DNA from: an uncultured Pseudomonadota bacterium
GTDB taxonomy: Bacteria > Oederibacteriota > Muellerivitia > Muellerivitales > Muellerivitaceae
DNA length: 64,000 nucleotides
Assembly (NCBI GenBank): GCA_963836235.1
Contig: CAWIIP010000002.1
Location: forward strand, 256,001 to 320,000
Reading direction: 5' to 3'
Below, in pieces: positions 1 to 12,191 of the stretch (the first letter of the stretch is position 1; each line of letters opens with the position of its first letter). Under the pieces are notes generated by a model, which ran no database searches, was not told the DNA's origin, and worked only from the letters and a program-made list of their open reading frames with translations. The position numbers and the translations under genes are program-made.

Positions 1-3000
1 GCCGTCAAAGTGTCGGTCATTGTCGGCGTATTCGTCGCGGTAAAGGTATTCGTGGGCGTTCGGCTCGGCGTGGCAGTGGCGGTATCCGTCGGCGTATTGG
101 TCACCGTAAACGTATTTGTCGGGGTTGCCGTCGAAGTCAAGGTCGCCGTATTCGTCGCCGTGAAGGTATCCGTAGGCGTTCGGCTTGGCGTCGGGGTGGC
201 CGTATCCGTGGGCGTATTGGTCACCGTAAACGTATTCGTCGCCGTGAAGGTCGCCGTCGCCGTATTGCTCAAGGTGGGAGTAGGCGTATTCGTCGTCGTA
301 TTCGTCACTGTATAGCTATTCGTCGGCGTTGAACTGGCGGTCGCTGTCGCCGTGTTCGTCGCTGTATTGGTGGGAAGTGGCGTGTTGGTCCAGGTAGAAG
401 TAGCGGTGTTCGTCGGAGTAGACGTCATCGTGGGAGTTATTACATCCGTGTGGGTATTGGTAGGCGTAATGGTCGCCGTGTTGGTGGCGCTATTCGTGCT
501 CGTGACAGTGGCGGTCGCCGTATTGGTAACAGTCTTCGTGGCTGTACTGGTGGCGCTGTTGGTTTGGGTGCTCGTGTTGGTCGTGGTTGAGGTAACCGTC
601 GAGGTAGCCGTGGACACCGCCGTGGAAGTCGCCGTGCCCGTGGGAATCATCGTAACCGTGTTCGTCACGGTCGCCGTCGGCGGGGCGCTTGTCGTCGCCA
701 CCGTCGTCGCGGTCGCTACCGATGTGGGCGTTGCCGTCGGAACCGCAACCGTAGCCACGGCCGTGGCCGTCGGGACTGAAGTCGCCGTGGAAGTCACCGT
801 CGAGGTTGGCGTATTTGTGTTCGTCACCGTGGACGTGGCCGTATTGGTTTTGGTCATCGTGCTAGTAGCGGAAGCCGTGGCCGTCGAGGTCGTCGAAGAC
901 GTCGCGGTGCTCGTCGTGGTACTTGTCGCCGAAGAAGTAGCCGAAGCCGTCGTAGTTGCGGTTTTAGTCGTCGTGCTGGTCGTACTGCTGGTGGCAGACG
1001 CCGTCGCCGACGCGGTCGTCGTGCTAGTGGCCGAAGAAGTAGCCGTGGCGACGGCGGTTGCGGTAGACGTGGCAACAGCGGTCGCAGTACTGGTTTTGGT
1101 GGTTGTACTCGTCGTACTACTCGTAACCGACGACGTCGCCGATGCGGTCGTTGTACTGGTCGCCGAAGAAGTAGTCGTAGCCGTAGTCGTTTTAGTAGGG
1201 GTCGGCGTAGGAGTGGTGGTCGGGGTGGGGATTGGGGTGTTCGTTGGGGTCTTGGTCGGCGTAGGTGATGGAGGGCAGTTACCAGTAAATTGGAAAGACT
1301 GGAATGTCGAGTTTTCGCAATTGTTGGCGCTTATCCCCATTTCCCCAGTGGTACACCCGCTCCCCGTAAAAGTCGCTGAAGCCGATGCCGAACTGAGGCC
1401 AGCCTGGGAAGTGGCAAGAGATACAATATATTGGCAACTACTATTCACTACCACCTGTACCCATGCGGGACAGCTACTGATGGGCGAACCCGCCGGAACT
1501 GTCGCCGTGGAAACTGTAGATGCAACCCCAGCGGTATAAGAAACCCATTCCAGGGTTCCCGTATTGGAGGAACCGTTGTTAAAGAATTGAAGTCCGTAGC
1601 CGTTCCCCGTCGTGGGGTTATACCCAAAAACCAAGCCTCCCAAATTACCGCCGTTTACGTTTTCGCACATGGAAACCTGCAAGGTTCCAGGCCCGCTTTG
1701 AACCGAGTTGTTTACCAAAAAGTTGTTCAGACCATTGCAACTTGAACTCATGGAAACCGAGCCGCCGCCTACACCCCAAGAGCCCTCACCGGGTGGGTTG
1801 GTTCCCATCACCCATCCGGAAGGTATAAAAGTACCACCGAAACTTGTGGTGACTGAACATTCGGGTGTCGGGTTGCAATCGTATTCTGCCACCAGAGCCT
1901 GTTGCCAAAAACTCGACTTGGCATATTGGGTCCCAAGGTCTAATCCCCACTGCAAGCTGGTAGCCCCACCCTGGAAATTCATACCCAAATCATAATTTCG
2001 ATCCCGATCCGAAGTTCCACCACCGGTACCTGGGCAGTTCAAGACACCTGGTGCGCTACTCCAAACTGCGGGTCCTCCATTGTTAGAGCCTCCGGTATTG
2101 GCTGCCGGGCCCGAACCATAAGGATCTACTGTGTCTTTGTCACCATTGGTGCCTGACCAGCATTCCTGAGCCCCGCCCACCACCGATAGCTTCGTGTTCG
2201 AAGTGGAACAACTCATCCCCAAACAGGCCCAGTTCAGGTCCGCATCGGGGGGAGCCGCACCATAAGCAATTACCCCATTTTCCTCGATATGCCACGCGCT
2301 ATTGCCATCGGCGATGGCCACGGCGTTGTTGCTGGTGACCGCCGGGTTGGTATAAAGCTCCACCAGCGATTCTCCCACGCAACTACCACCAGGAGTTATG
2401 GGATAGACATCTTGTTTTCCGCCCGCACCAGCGGTCCCCCCTAATAAGGTTGTACTTATGGGATAGCGGATATTGTAAAAAGTATTAGCGTACCCGCCAT
2501 AGGTGACTCCCGCACCCTCTTGCGTGCCTGCAGGTGTAGTCGACCCGTTAAAGCTAACTCCCGTGAGCACAGGTGGTGCGCCGTTTGAACCGTAATCGTA
2601 CTCGACATAAAGAAAAGCCGTTACCGGCGTTGCGCCTGGGGGCAGTGTTACGGTTAGGGCCTGACCACAGGTACCTCCCACAACGGTCTCCTGCAAACCA
2701 ACACCTTCGGCCACCAATTGTTGGGTTTGGGAGGATCCAGGCGCAGGGTTCCCTGAGGCACAGGATGCAACCGTGATATCCCCTGGAAGCGGTGTAGAAA
2801 TCGGAACGGTAGGGGTAGACGTGAATTGGGGTGTCGCGGTGGGCGAACCCGGTGTATTCGTTTTAGTGGGAGTCTGGGTAATTGTAGGTGTTAAGGTAAT
2901 CGTCGGTGTGTTCGTTGGTCCCGGACCTGGAACTTGATTGGTAGTCGCACTGACAGTACCGCAGCTCCCCACGCTGAGGGGGCCGATCGTGACTGAACCT

Positions 3001-3773
3001 CCCGCGCCATCCTTCACATCGAAATAAAAGGGGCCCGTGGTACCATTCAGATTACCGCTACTAGTTCCCCAATAATTATTTCCACCCACCCCATTCGCCC
3101 CCAAAACCAATGCGGTAAAAGGGCCTCCACTGCTGGTGGCATAGCCAACACTAACAATTGGAAACAAAGCATCCATGAATTGAATCGGGTCATAACCGGA
3201 ACTACATCCGGATTTCCATTCGTATGTGATATCGCCTGAGGAATCACCAGCCATAAGACTCAATGGACACGGAACAAATTTCCATTGGATGTTGAGTTGC
3301 CCATAACTGGTATTACCCGTCAATGCTTGCCACGCCTGTTGGGTTAAGTCCAATTGGTTGGCGGTCGTACAAGAGGGACAGCTATTATCGATCATCACTG
3401 TAATGGCTTCCGCGGCACCGGTTACGGTTACTGCCGCACAAGCGCCACAGGCCAAACCATTCTGGTAGTCATCTTCTCCGGAAGCGGAGTTAATGGCTGC
3501 GCTAATATCAGTGTCATTTGCCGCAGGAAAACCGCAAGCGCCCGTTCCCGCGGAAAAAGAATAAGCTGTTGCCATCGAGGTGTAGGTATAAGTAGAAGAA
3601 TTATAATTAGCGGTGCTGTAATTAATTTGAGCTTGTAGAGAAGAAATGAATCCCAAGAATAAAAGTAAGAACAACAATGCCGAAGTCGTTCTAGGGTCCA
3701 AAAGATGAATGAACCTAAGAAAGAGAGTCTTCACAGACTCTAAATAATTAATTTTTTTATACTCGTTTATCAT
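1..3773 (-). CDS. Giant secreted Thr/Pro-rich protein with N-terminal expansin-like (DPBB + D2) module; 3' end outside window
   Basis: Manual translation from ATG 3773: MINEYKK...[17 protein letters not shown] signal peptide, then [15 protein letters not shown]...LACGACAAV...IDNSCPSC...QLDLTQQAW...[11 protein letters not shown], then a region ~co-linear with the N-terminus of the 4181..9346 protein, then TPTNT repeats. Frame agrees with the antisense shadow ORFs; absent from the ORF track because no stop falls inside the window. Confidence 0.9.
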   Translation of the reverse strand, partial: MINEYKKINYLESVKTLFLRFIHLLDPRTTSALLFLLLFLGFISSLQAQINYSTANYNSSTYTYTSMATAYSFSAGTGACGFPAANDTDISAAINSASGEDDYQNGLACGACAAVTVTGAAEAITVMIDNSCPSCTTANQLDLTQQAWQALTGNTSYGQLNIQWKFVPCPLSLMAGDSSGDITYEWKSGCSSGYDPIQFMDALFPIVSVGYATSSGGPFTALVLGANGVGGNNYWGTSSGNLNGTTGPFYFDVKDGAGGSVTIGPLSVGSCGTVSATTNQVPGPGPTNTPTITLTPTITQTPTKTNTPGSPTATPQFTSTPTVPISTPLPGDITVASCASGNPAPGSSQTQQLVAEGVGLQETVVGGTCGQALTVTLPPGATPVTAFLYVEYDYGSNGAPPVLTGVSFNGSTTPAGTQEGAGVTYGGYANTFYNIRYPISTTLLGGTAGAGGKQDVYPITPGGSCVGESLVELYTNPAVTSNNAVAIADGNSAWHIEENGVIAYGAAPPDADLNWACLGMSCSTSNTKLSVVGGAQECWSGTNGDKDTVDPYGSGPAANTGGSNNGGPAVWSSAPGVLNCPGTGGGTSDRDRNYDLGMNFQGGATSLQWGLDLGTQYAKSSFWQQALVAEYDCNPTPECSVTTSFGGTFIPSGWVMGTNPPGEGSWGVGGGSVSMSSSCNGLNNFLVNNSVQSGPGTLQVSMCENVNGGNLGGLVFGYNPTTGNGYGLQFFNNGSSNTGTLEWVSYTAGVASTVSTATVPAGSPISSCPAWVQVVVNSSCQYIVSLATSQAGLSSASASATFTGSGCTTGEMGISANNCENSTFQSFQFTGNCPPSPTPTKTPTNTPIPTPTTTPTPTPTKTTTATTTSSATSTTTASATSSVTSSTTSTTTKTSTATAVATSTATAVATATSSATSTTTASATASATSSTTSTTTKTATTTASATSSATSTTTSTATSSTTSTATASATSTMTKTNTATSTVTNTNTPTSTVTSTATSVPTATAVATVAVPTATPTSVATATTVATTSAPPTATVTNTVTMIPTGTATSTAVSTATSTVTSTTTNTSTQTNSATSTATKTVTNTATATVTSTNSATNTATITPTNTHTDVITPTMTSTPTNTATSTWTNTPLPTNTATNTATATASSTPTNSYTVTNTTTNTPTPTLSNTATATFTATNTFTVTNTPTDTATPTPSRTPTDTFTATNTATLTSTATPTNTFTVTNTPTDTATATPSRTPTNTFTATNTPTMTDTLT

Positions 3774-3862
3774 CTTAACCTTTAGACCTTCAAAAACGAT
3801 TTTAGTGCAGGCCCCAAACCCTAAATCAGCACTTAAAAAATGTAATATTAAGTTAGATTAAC

Positions 3863-3878
3863 AGCAATATTGATGCCT
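3863..3878 (-). promoter_or_regulatory. Putative sigma54 (-24/-12) promoter
   Basis: Minus strand AGGCATCAATATTGCT = GG-N10-GC with TTGC, ~90 nt upstream of ATG 3773. Confidence 0.45.
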
Positions 3879-4180
3879 TTTGAAAAACTAACCTCATGTA
3901 CTCCTAAATTACATAAAATATAGCAGAAATCAGATTTTTGGTGAAATTGTTCTGCAAAAGCGGTTTCACATTAAATTGGCAAAAAACAACAAAAAACTGA
4001 CAATAAAAGACAAATTTTCTGCGATGGAAATAAGGCACCAAGAATTTTAGGGTCACAGGATCGATCAATGATGTGAATTTTTGAAGGGACCAATTGGTTT
4101 AAATTTTTATATCTAACAAAAATAGATATGATTTCGCCGATACATCGACAAAAAATTAATTAGAACAACTTGGGAACCAA

Positions 4181-7100
4181 TTACCTTTGGATGAGGACTT
4201 TGGTGGTCTGTTTCTGCACGAAGGTGCCGTTGAGATCGTTCAAGTTCACCACCACGATGTAAAGGCCGCTGGATAATCCCGACAGGTTCAGGTCCACTTC
4301 GTTCGTCCCTGGGGTTCCCGTGACCGGCTTCTTCACCAATTCTCCCGCCACGTCATACACACTCGCCGTCAACGTCATGTCCGTCGTCGATTCCACCTTC
4401 ACCTTCGTCGTGTCCGTCCCCTTCAGGATGTTCGGCGCCGCGTACACGTTCCCGTTCGTCACCGGGCTGTTCCCTCTCTGCACAATCACGCTCTTTGATA
4501 CCACTTCCTCCCCACCGCTCCCATTCGTCCAGTTCACCGATATCTCATATACCCCGTTCGTCACGATCGACCCGTTATCACTCGTTCCATCCCACACCAC
4601 CGACGTCCCATTGAACGTAATCGTCACTGAATTGTCCCCGCCCGGCGTCGGCGTCCCAACCCTCGGCGCGATCATCCCCGTCGATAACGCCACCTCCCCC
4701 AAGGACACGTTCCCAGGGTCATCCGCGTAGCTATACAAATGCTTCACCACTTCTCCCGCCTCGTTGTACACATCCACCACCACCTGCGCGATCGACCGGC
4801 TCACCGTCACCGTCTGCGATACGTTCGTCACCACTCCGAAGGGGTCTGTGCTGGTTAATTGAATGTAATAAATACCATTACTCACCGGCGTCCCCGACTG
4901 GTTCGTCCCATCCCACGACGCGATCACCACCCCGCCCACCATCACATACGTCTTCCCTTCCAGGCTCGTGATCGTCGCTCCCGATAAAGTATAGTTGTTA
5001 ATGCCTTGTGATAATTCTTGTGTTGATATCTGATCTATCAATTCCCCAGCCGAGTTATAAACCCCAATCTTTACAGTGTAGGCCGCCGCCATATTGACGT
5101 TTACCGATGTTTTCTTGGGAGTGGTTAATCCCGCATAGGTCACTTGGGCGTTATTGGTTAAAACGGTCCCTTGGGGAACATAACCCGCCACTTGTGCCTG
5201 ATAAGTGAAGCTATAGGTCCCCACCGGGAGCGAACCCCAGCTCACCGTCAGGGTCTTAGTAGCGGCGGCATAACCCGTCACCCCTCCTGATGGAATAGTC
5301 CCAAAACCGACAAAAGTCAGATCAGGTGGAAGAATGTCGTTCACCACCACATTGTTAGCAGGTCCCACGGGCACATTCAGGCCAATTGTATAAGTAATGA
5401 TGTCGTTGACCTGGGCTACCAGTTCCGAGGCTTTCTTACTGATCTCAACATCCGGCGTGGGAGTGAAGGTATTGGTCGGCGTAAAAGTGTTAGTAGGAGT
5501 TGAAGTACTGGTGAAGGTATAAGTAGCGGTCGGAGTATTTGTGGGAGTGAAGCTTGCTGTAAATGTTTTCGTATTTGTAGGTGTGTTGGTTGCGGTGTAA
5601 GTATTCGTGTGAGTAAAAGTGTTCGTGATCGTAAAGGTAGCCGTATTCGTCACCGTCGCAGTGGGAGTATTTGTCGGCACGGGAGTGTTGGTATTGGTTG
5701 GGGTGAAAGTCGTGGTCGGGGTGGCCGTGTTGGTCGTGGTATTGGACGGCGTAAAGGTATCGGTCTTGGTCGAAGTCGCCGTATTCGTCGGAGTGTTGGT
5801 AGGACTGAAAGTCGAAGTACTGGTAAAAGTCGCTGTCAGGGTAGCCGTGTTTGTCGAAGTGTTGGTTTGTGTGTAAGTATTGGTGTTGGTCAAGGTAGCT
5901 GTATTCGTCGGGGTATTGGTTGTGGTGAAAGTAAAAACCGGCGTATTCGTAGATGTGGCGGTGGCGCTATTTTTAGGAGTTTGGGTAAGAGTCAGGGTCG
6001 GACTATTTGTGGCCGTATCAGACGGCGTATTGGTCGGAGTGAAAGTGTAAGTATGCGTGGGGGTAAAGCTGGGAGTCGAAGTAGGGGTATTGGTTGGGGT
6101 ACTCGTTGCTGTCGGCGTAATGATGTCCGTATTCGTCGGTGTCATTGTAATCGTATTCGTCGCCGTATTAGTGGCAGTATTCGTCGGAGTTGACGTAGAG
6201 GTCCGAGTCGGAGTGTTCGTAGGTGTATTTGTCGGCGTCGGAGTGACCGTATTTGTTGAGGTATTCGTGGAAGTGTTGGTCATCGTATTCGTAGCTGTGT
6301 TCGTCGGCGTATTGGTTAATGTGAAAGTAGGGGTATTGGTTGGGGTACTCGTTGCCGTCGGCGTGATAATAGCCGTATTTGTCGGTGTCATCGTAATCGT
6401 ATTCGTCGCCGTATTAGTTGCGGTATTGGTAGGCGTGGTGGTAGCCGTAACCGTCACCGTCTTAGTAGGAGTTGCGGTAACGGTATTCGTGGCCGTAGGG
6501 GTCGTTGTATTCGTCACGGTATTCGTAGGCGTGTTGGTGGTAGTCGCCGTTGGAGTCGGTGTGGTCGTATTCGTCGGCGTATTGGTCGGGGTGAACGTTG
6601 GGGTATTAGTTAGGGTGTTAGTGACGGTCGGAGTAATGACGTCGGTATTTGTCGGCGTCATCGTAATCGTATTGGTAGCCGAACTCGTGGCTGAATTTGT
6701 AGATGTCGAAGTAGGCGTTCGGGTGGGAGTGTTGGTCAAAGTATTCGTGGGTGTGTTGGTGGTGGTATTCGTGGCTGTTGAAGTTGGTGTATTGGTAGTT
6801 GTTGGAGTTGGAGTATTAGTAGGTGTATTCGTCGGCGTAATAGTAACAGTATTTGTCGGGGTGTTGGTACGTGTAAGAGTCAAAGTATTTGTCGAAGTAT
6901 TCGTAGCTGTGTTCGTGGCGGTATTCGTCGCTGTGTTTACCAGCGTATTGGTCGCTGTATTGGTTGCCGTATTTGTCGCAGTTATGGTGGCGGAGTTGGT
7001 GGTAGTTGCCGTAGCCGTCGCGGTCGCTGAACTAGTTGGGGTATTAGTTGTAGTGGCCGTCGTGGTCTTAGTAGTAGTACTAGTCGCAGAAGCAGTTGCA

Positions 7101-9346
7101 GAATTGGTGGCAGTCGCCGTAGCCGTCGAGGTTGCTGAACTGGTTGTGGAAGCAGAAGCGGAGTTAGTAGCTGAAGCGGTCGCAGAATTTGTTGCGGTAG
7201 ACGTCGTGGTTTTAGTAGTGGTACTAGTTGCAGAAGCAGTCGCTGAGTTGGTGGTAGTTGCCGTAGCCGTCGAGGTCGCTGAACTGGTTGTGGAAGCAGA
7301 AGCGGAGTTAGTAGCTGAAGCGGTCGCAGAATTTGTTGCGGTTGCCGTTGTGGTTTTAGTGGTGGTACCAGTCGCAGAAGCGGTCGCCGAATTGGTGGTG
7401 GTCGCCGTAGCCGTCGAAGTGGCTGAACTAGTCGTGGTGCTGGTTGTGGTGGCAGTGGTCGTTTTTGTTGTCGTAGCGGTTTTCGAATTAGTGGCACTAG
7501 CTGTTGTAGTTGAGGTGGCAGAGGTTGTCGCGGAAGCCGTGGTTGTGCTAGTGGCTGAAGCGGTCGCGGAGTTCGTAGCCGTGGATGTCTCTGTTTTGGT
7601 TGCCGTATTGGTTGCGCTCGGTGTAGGGGTAGAGGTGGGGGTCTGGGTTGGTGTATTCGTCGGGGTTCTGGTTGGGGTATTCGTAGGTGTCGGAGTGGCG
7701 CAGTTCCCGGTAAATTGGAATGACTGGAACTCCGAATTTTCGCAATTGTTCGCGCTTATCCCCATATACCCGCTCGAACAACCGCTTCCCGTGAAAGTCG
7801 CCGAAGCCGTAGCCGAACTGAGGCCAGCTTGGGAAGTGGCAAGAGACACAATATATTGGCAACTACCGTTCACCACCACCTGCACCCAAGAGGGACAGCT
7901 ACTAATGGGCGAGCCTATCGGAAGCGTTGCCGTGGCAACCGTGGTTGCGGCCCCCGTTGTGACAGAGCCGCTATAAGTCACCCAGTAAAGGGTGCCCGTA
8001 TTACCAGACCCATTGTTAAAGAATTGAAGTCCGTAACCGTTGCCCGTCGTCGGGTTATACCCAAAAACCAAACCACCGAAGTTGCCCCCGTTAGTTTTCG
8101 TACACATTGAAACTTGAAGGGTTCCCGGACCGCTTTGAACCTGGTTATTCACCAAGAAATTATTGAGTCCATTGCAACTCGAACTCATGGAAACTGATCC
8201 GCCGCTCTCACTCCATGTGCCTTCACCAGGCGGGTTTGTTCCCATCACCCATCCAGCGGGCACAAAGGTGCTTCCGAAACTCGTAGTAACCGAACATTGT
8301 TGAGTGGGATTACAATCGTACTCCGCCACTAGAGCTTGCTGCCAAAAACTCGACTTGGCGTATTGGGTACCCACGTTTAATCCCCACTCCAAGCTGGCGG
8401 CTCCGCTTTGAAAATTCGTCCCCAAATCATAATTGCGAACACGATCCGATGAGCCCCCGCCGGTACCTGGACAATTGAGAACACCTGGCGGACTACTATA
8501 AACTGGTGGATTTCCGTTATTGCTTCCCCCCGTATTAGTAGCCGGGCCAGAACCATAAGGATCGACTTGGTCCTGGTCCCCATTTATGCCTGACCAGCAT
8601 TCTTGCGCTCCACCCGCAACCGACAGCTTCGTATCCGAAGTGGAACAGCTCAGACCTAGGCAAGACCAGTTCAAATCGGCATCAGGTGGGGCCGCTCCGT
8701 AAACAATCTCTCCATTCTCCTCAATGTGCCATGCGCTGTTGCCGTCCGCGATGGCCACGGCGTTGGTGCTGGTAACCGCCGGGTTGGTATAAAGCATCAC
8801 GAGCGATTCCCCGGCGCAACTACCTCCAGGAGTGACTGGATAAACATACTGAGCACCACCGGCACCCGCCGTTCCATCCAACAGGGTTGGGCTAATCGGA
8901 TAACGAATGTTATAAAAAGTATTGGCATATCCCCCGTAGGTGACCCCAGCCCCTTCCTGGGTACCCACAGGCGTAGTAGAGCCGTTAAAATTCACTCCAG
9001 TAAGTACAGCCGGGGCACCATTTGAACCATAATCATATTCAACGTACAAAAAAGCCGTCACCGGGATGGCACTCGGGGGAAGAGTAACGGTAAGGGCAGA
9101 ACCACAAGTGCCCCCCACAACGGTTTCCTGGAGGCCAACGCCCTCAGCTACCAATTGTTGCGTTTGAGAAGACCCCGGAGCGGGGTTTCCTGAGGCACAG
9201 CCAGTATTGAAAGTGACTTGGGCGAAGGATTTATTGGCCAACGAGAGAGAAAAAAGCAAAACAAATACTTTGCAAAGTTTCGTATTGAAACCTTGCTGAA
9301 AAAATTTTGAAAAAACTTTAAATCGAATTGACATTTTTTTCATCAT
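4181..9346 (-). CDS. Giant secreted Thr/Pro-rich surface protein (Cys-containing N-terminal domains, T/P/N repeat stalk, DUF11-like, FlgD-Ig-like repeats, secretion-sorting-like C-terminal domain)
   Basis: 1721 aa; signal peptide ending SFAQ; ~790 aa Thr-rich stalk; EISKKAS...IITYTI...VVNDILP (DUF11-like); two WDG...G.Y motifs (FlgD-Ig-like); terminal [10 protein letters not shown]...LSSGLYIV...KVLIQR. Confidence 0.9.
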   Translation of the reverse strand: MMKKMSIRFKVFSKFFQQGFNTKLCKVFVLLFSLSLANKSFAQVTFNTGCASGNPAPGSSQTQQLVAEGVGLQETVVGGTCGSALTVTLPPSAIPVTAFLYVEYDYGSNGAPAVLTGVNFNGSTTPVGTQEGAGVTYGGYANTFYNIRYPISPTLLDGTAGAGGAQYVYPVTPGGSCAGESLVMLYTNPAVTSTNAVAIADGNSAWHIEENGEIVYGAAPPDADLNWSCLGLSCSTSDTKLSVAGGAQECWSGINGDQDQVDPYGSGPATNTGGSNNGNPPVYSSPPGVLNCPGTGGGSSDRVRNYDLGTNFQSGAASLEWGLNVGTQYAKSSFWQQALVAEYDCNPTQQCSVTTSFGSTFVPAGWVMGTNPPGEGTWSESGGSVSMSSSCNGLNNFLVNNQVQSGPGTLQVSMCTKTNGGNFGGLVFGYNPTTGNGYGLQFFNNGSGNTGTLYWVTYSGSVTTGAATTVATATLPIGSPISSCPSWVQVVVNGSCQYIVSLATSQAGLSSATASATFTGSGCSSGYMGISANNCENSEFQSFQFTGNCATPTPTNTPTRTPTNTPTQTPTSTPTPSATNTATKTETSTATNSATASATSTTTASATTSATSTTTASATNSKTATTTKTTTATTTSTTTSSATSTATATTTNSATASATGTTTKTTTATATNSATASATNSASASTTSSATSTATATTTNSATASATSTTTKTTTSTATNSATASATNSASASTTSSATSTATATATNSATASATSTTTKTTTATTTNTPTSSATATATATTTNSATITATNTATNTATNTLVNTATNTATNTATNTSTNTLTLTRTNTPTNTVTITPTNTPTNTPTPTTTNTPTSTATNTTTNTPTNTLTNTPTRTPTSTSTNSATSSATNTITMTPTNTDVITPTVTNTLTNTPTFTPTNTPTNTTTPTPTATTTNTPTNTVTNTTTPTATNTVTATPTKTVTVTATTTPTNTATNTATNTITMTPTNTAIITPTATSTPTNTPTFTLTNTPTNTATNTMTNTSTNTSTNTVTPTPTNTPTNTPTRTSTSTPTNTATNTATNTITMTPTNTDIITPTATSTPTNTPTSTPSFTPTHTYTFTPTNTPSDTATNSPTLTLTQTPKNSATATSTNTPVFTFTTTNTPTNTATLTNTNTYTQTNTSTNTATLTATFTSTSTFSPTNTPTNTATSTKTDTFTPSNTTTNTATPTTTFTPTNTNTPVPTNTPTATVTNTATFTITNTFTHTNTYTATNTPTNTKTFTASFTPTNTPTATYTFTSTSTPTNTFTPTNTFTPTPDVEISKKASELVAQVNDIITYTIGLNVPVGPANNVVVNDILPPDLTFVGFGTIPSGGVTGYAAATKTLTVSWGSLPVGTYSFTYQAQVAGYVPQGTVLTNNAQVTYAGLTTPKKTSVNVNMAAAYTVKIGVYNSAGELIDQISTQELSQGINNYTLSGATITSLEGKTYVMVGGVVIASWDGTNQSGTPVSNGIYYIQLTSTDPFGVVTNVSQTVTVSRSIAQVVVDVYNEAGEVVKHLYSYADDPGNVSLGEVALSTGMIAPRVGTPTPGGDNSVTITFNGTSVVWDGTSDNGSIVTNGVYEISVNWTNGSGGEEVVSKSVIVQRGNSPVTNGNVYAAPNILKGTDTTKVKVESTTDMTLTASVYDVAGELVKKPVTGTPGTNEVDLNLSGLSSGLYIVVVNLNDLNGTFVQKQTTKVLIQR
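7117..7342. repeat. Intragenic coding tandem repeat (144-nt period) in Thr-rich stalk
   Basis: ccgtagccgtcgaggt(t/c)gctgaactggttgtggaagcagaagcggagttagtagctgaagcggtcgcagaatttgttgcggt occurs at 7117 and 7261. Confidence 0.8.
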
Positions 9347-9789
9347 CCACCATCTATCAATTTTTAAATGCTGCTTACGCCATCCGTTGTGGTTTATCGC
9401 TTCAAACTCATCGACTTAAACCGATTTAAACCAAAAATCGTTTTTTTGACTGTTCAAAAAAGATTTCTCGTTCACCTTTTAGACGGTTGCTTGGATTTTT
9501 ATTACAATTTATTGTGAAAGCGTTGTGAAAGCGGTGTCGAATTGCTTTTCTAAAACTTAGCTCTTTGTTACCATGAATATAATATATATCGCTTTTTCGA
9601 TAAAACCATGCTTTTTAACGAAAAAATGCCCAAACGGTTTCCTAAAGCAAATATGAAGGTTTTTATGCATTTTTAAGGTGTAAGAGTTCCCAATGTGCAA
9701 TGGAACAGTAATGTTATGATTTGCTTGCTTACAGCTTCCCTGAGGCCATCTTTATGCTTTTGTAGTTCTGGAAAAAATCAAAAGGTAAA

Positions 9790-11007
9790 ATGATGAGAAT
9801 TTCAAAAATTTTAAGCTTGATCGTCTTTGGATTTTTGGGCACTGCTTCACTTAGTTACGGAGACTACGGTTGCCACTTCACAATGAGCTCCCGCCTCTTT
9901 ACGCCACTAAATACAGGAGATAAAAAAATCTCCTTTCGCTTTACCTGCCAGCAAGCGATAAATCTCATTGCCGTTTCTTTTTACTGTGAGCAAGCGCAAA
10001 AACCACCGGCTTATAAAATTAGCCTTCAGGAAGATCAAAAGGGACTACCACTTTCCCAACCTTTGGAAACCTCCAGTGTCACGCCTAAGGGAGGTTGTTG
10101 GATTACGGTTCCCATCAACAATCTTTCTCTTCTCTCGGGAAAGGTATATCACTTAGTCATCGAGCAAGATGTCACAAGGGGCGGCCAGCACAAGGTGGGA
10201 CTCATTGATGACAACCATTTTGCTTCAATTGCTTACGGGGACCATCTCAATTCTTTCGATCCGCGAGCTGAAATTCCCGATTCACAACTGAATGTATTGG
10301 TAAGTGAAAATGGTAAATGGAAAACTCTCGATCATCAGCCCCTCTTCGCCCTTCATGGAAGCGGCTCTAAGCTTCAAGGCGTATCCTATGATGATTTTGG
10401 GGATCTCCCCATCCATGGCAACGGAACACCCGGTGACCATTCTAACGATGTGATTCAAGGCGAAGCATTGCATCCTCATTACGGAGTAACAGCTACGGGT
10501 TTCGCCATCCGTGTCCGAAAAATAGGCTCACCCGCTACTCCACTTAACTATCGCGTCTATTCCATCAACTTCATGCAACATAAAACTACTCTGGCGTTCT
10601 CAGGAGTAGCCCTTTTTCCCTCTCGAGCCCCTGTCTCTTACCAATGGGTGACCATCGGCATAAAAAAAGAAGACAATCCCCAGTCTTTTCCGCCTGAATG
10701 CCGCTACATCGTATTCCAAACCGATTCGGGCAAAGGAATATCAGCGGCACCTGGATGTGAGGATTGTTATACCCTCTCGGAAGTTGGAAATTCCGGCGGG
10801 CTCGCAGGGGCGGCGGATCTAAGCTTTGACGGAGGCGCCCATCTCTCCCGTGAAGTCACCTCAACTGACGGTTGGAAAACCTGGGAGGATGCCTTTGAAC
10901 GCGACGCCAACGTGGTGATCCTGGGCCCCGTAGGCTCTGGCTCGGACATACCCACCCCCGGCCCCATTCCCACCCCCGCTCCGGTCATGATGGATATCAT
11001 TCCGTGA
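9790..11007 (+). CDS. Secreted hypothetical protein (beta-rich, possible internal domain duplication)
   Basis: 405 aa ORF with signal peptide and Pro/Thr tail. Confidence 0.75.
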   Translation: MMRISKILSLIVFGFLGTASLSYGDYGCHFTMSSRLFTPLNTGDKKISFRFTCQQAINLIAVSFYCEQAQKPPAYKISLQEDQKGLPLSQPLETSSVTPKGGCWITVPINNLSLLSGKVYHLVIEQDVTRGGQHKVGLIDDNHFASIAYGDHLNSFDPRAEIPDSQLNVLVSENGKWKTLDHQPLFALHGSGSKLQGVSYDDFGDLPIHGNGTPGDHSNDVIQGEALHPHYGVTATGFAIRVRKIGSPATPLNYRVYSINFMQHKTTLAFSGVALFPSRAPVSYQWVTIGIKKEDNPQSFPPECRYIVFQTDSGKGISAAPGCEDCYTLSEVGNSGGLAGAADLSFDGGAHLSREVTSTDGWKTWEDAFERDANVVILGPVGSGSDIPTPGPIPTPAPVMMDIIP

Positions 11008-12167
11008 AACCATCCAAAATGAAAAACCTATCCGTAAAATCAGCTTCATCTGTTTTTCTTCTAATCCTTCTTTTTTTCTCAAGAACCCTTTCCCACGCCG
11101 AACAAATCATAGATACCGAAGACCCATTAATCGTTTCCAAAAACACCGCCTATATGCGGTTGAAGAACGGCTATTTCTCCGACGCCCTTTCCGCGGGTAA
11201 AGACGCTTTAAAAATGGCGGAAGACCGTTATGGCCCAACCCATCCGGACTTAGTCCCCTTCCTCATCGATCTCGCCACAATTGATCGCTACATGGCCCGT
11301 TACGCCGATGCCGAAGCGGCCCTCAAATGGGGGCTAGCCATCCAAGAAAAGACTTTCGGTCCCGATGATCCCCAAGTGGCCGAGACCTTAGACCAGTTAA
11401 CTTCTCTTTATACCGATTGGGGCAAATGGCCAGATGCCGAGTTCTTTGGAAAAAGGGCTGTCGCCATTCTCGAAAAGAAGGAAACAAACTCGCCCGACGA
11501 CCTTACCCAAGCTCTCGATCATCTCGGCACCGTTGAAATGGAAATGGGAAAAGATTCAGAAGCCCAATCACTTTTGAGAAAAAGTCTCAAAATTCAAGAG
11601 AAAGACGCCAAAACTGATCCGCAGGCCACCCTCCAAACGCTCCATCTTCTTTCCAGGCTTTGCCAATCAAGCAAGCAATTTTCCGACGCGCAATCCTATC
11701 TTCAAAAAGTCCTCGATATTTCGAAGAAAAATTACGCTAACAATTCCGTTGAACAAGCCGACGCCATGGAACTCTTGGGGGATTTTTACCAATCCCAAAA
11801 GCAGGTCGAAAAGGCCGAAAGCTTATTCAAAACCGCCCTCCCTATTTACCAGCGGTTCGTGGGTGTTTATTTTGGCTATTCCACTTCGGATTACGTTCGA
11901 AAGTTGGCAAAAGCCTATGAATCTGTGGGTAAAAACAAGGAAGCGGAAGATTTACTCCAAAAAAGCCAGCAAACCCTAAAGGAAACTTTTGGGCCCAGCC
12001 ATCCCCGGGTGGCTTTAGGTTTGCTGGATTTAGCCCAAGTGGAAGAAGCCCTGGGGCAAAAAACCATAGCTCAGGCAGATCTTAAGGAAGCGCTTACCAT
12101 GGCCCAATCCTTTTTCGGGGACACCCATCCTCTGGTTGTCAAAATCCAAAAACAACTCCATTCATGA
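11004..12167 (+). CDS. Secreted tetratricopeptide-repeat protein (kinesin-light-chain-like TPRs)
   Basis: Repeated GP.HP.VA..L..L...Y......AE..L..AL.I motifs. Confidence 0.85.
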   Translation: MKPSKMKNLSVKSASSVFLLILLFFSRTLSHAEQIIDTEDPLIVSKNTAYMRLKNGYFSDALSAGKDALKMAEDRYGPTHPDLVPFLIDLATIDRYMARYADAEAALKWGLAIQEKTFGPDDPQVAETLDQLTSLYTDWGKWPDAEFFGKRAVAILEKKETNSPDDLTQALDHLGTVEMEMGKDSEAQSLLRKSLKIQEKDAKTDPQATLQTLHLLSRLCQSSKQFSDAQSYLQKVLDISKKNYANNSVEQADAMELLGDFYQSQKQVEKAESLFKTALPIYQRFVGVYFGYSTSDYVRKLAKAYESVGKNKEAEDLLQKSQQTLKETFGPSHPRVALGLLDLAQVEEALGQKTIAQADLKEALTMAQSFFGDTHPLVVKIQKQLHS

Positions 12168-12191
12168 CCTATCCCATCGCCCTCGAAACCC

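Noticed and set aside
1-7700. CRISPR-like periodicity in the repeats
   Set aside because: The repeats are in-frame coding degeneracy with no constant repeat and unique spacer structure, and no cas genes.
10-7976. Long Val-rich plus-strand ORFs (10..315, 352..1539, 6057..7976 and others)
   Set aside because: They are antisense shadows of Thr (ACN) codons in the two minus-strand giant genes.
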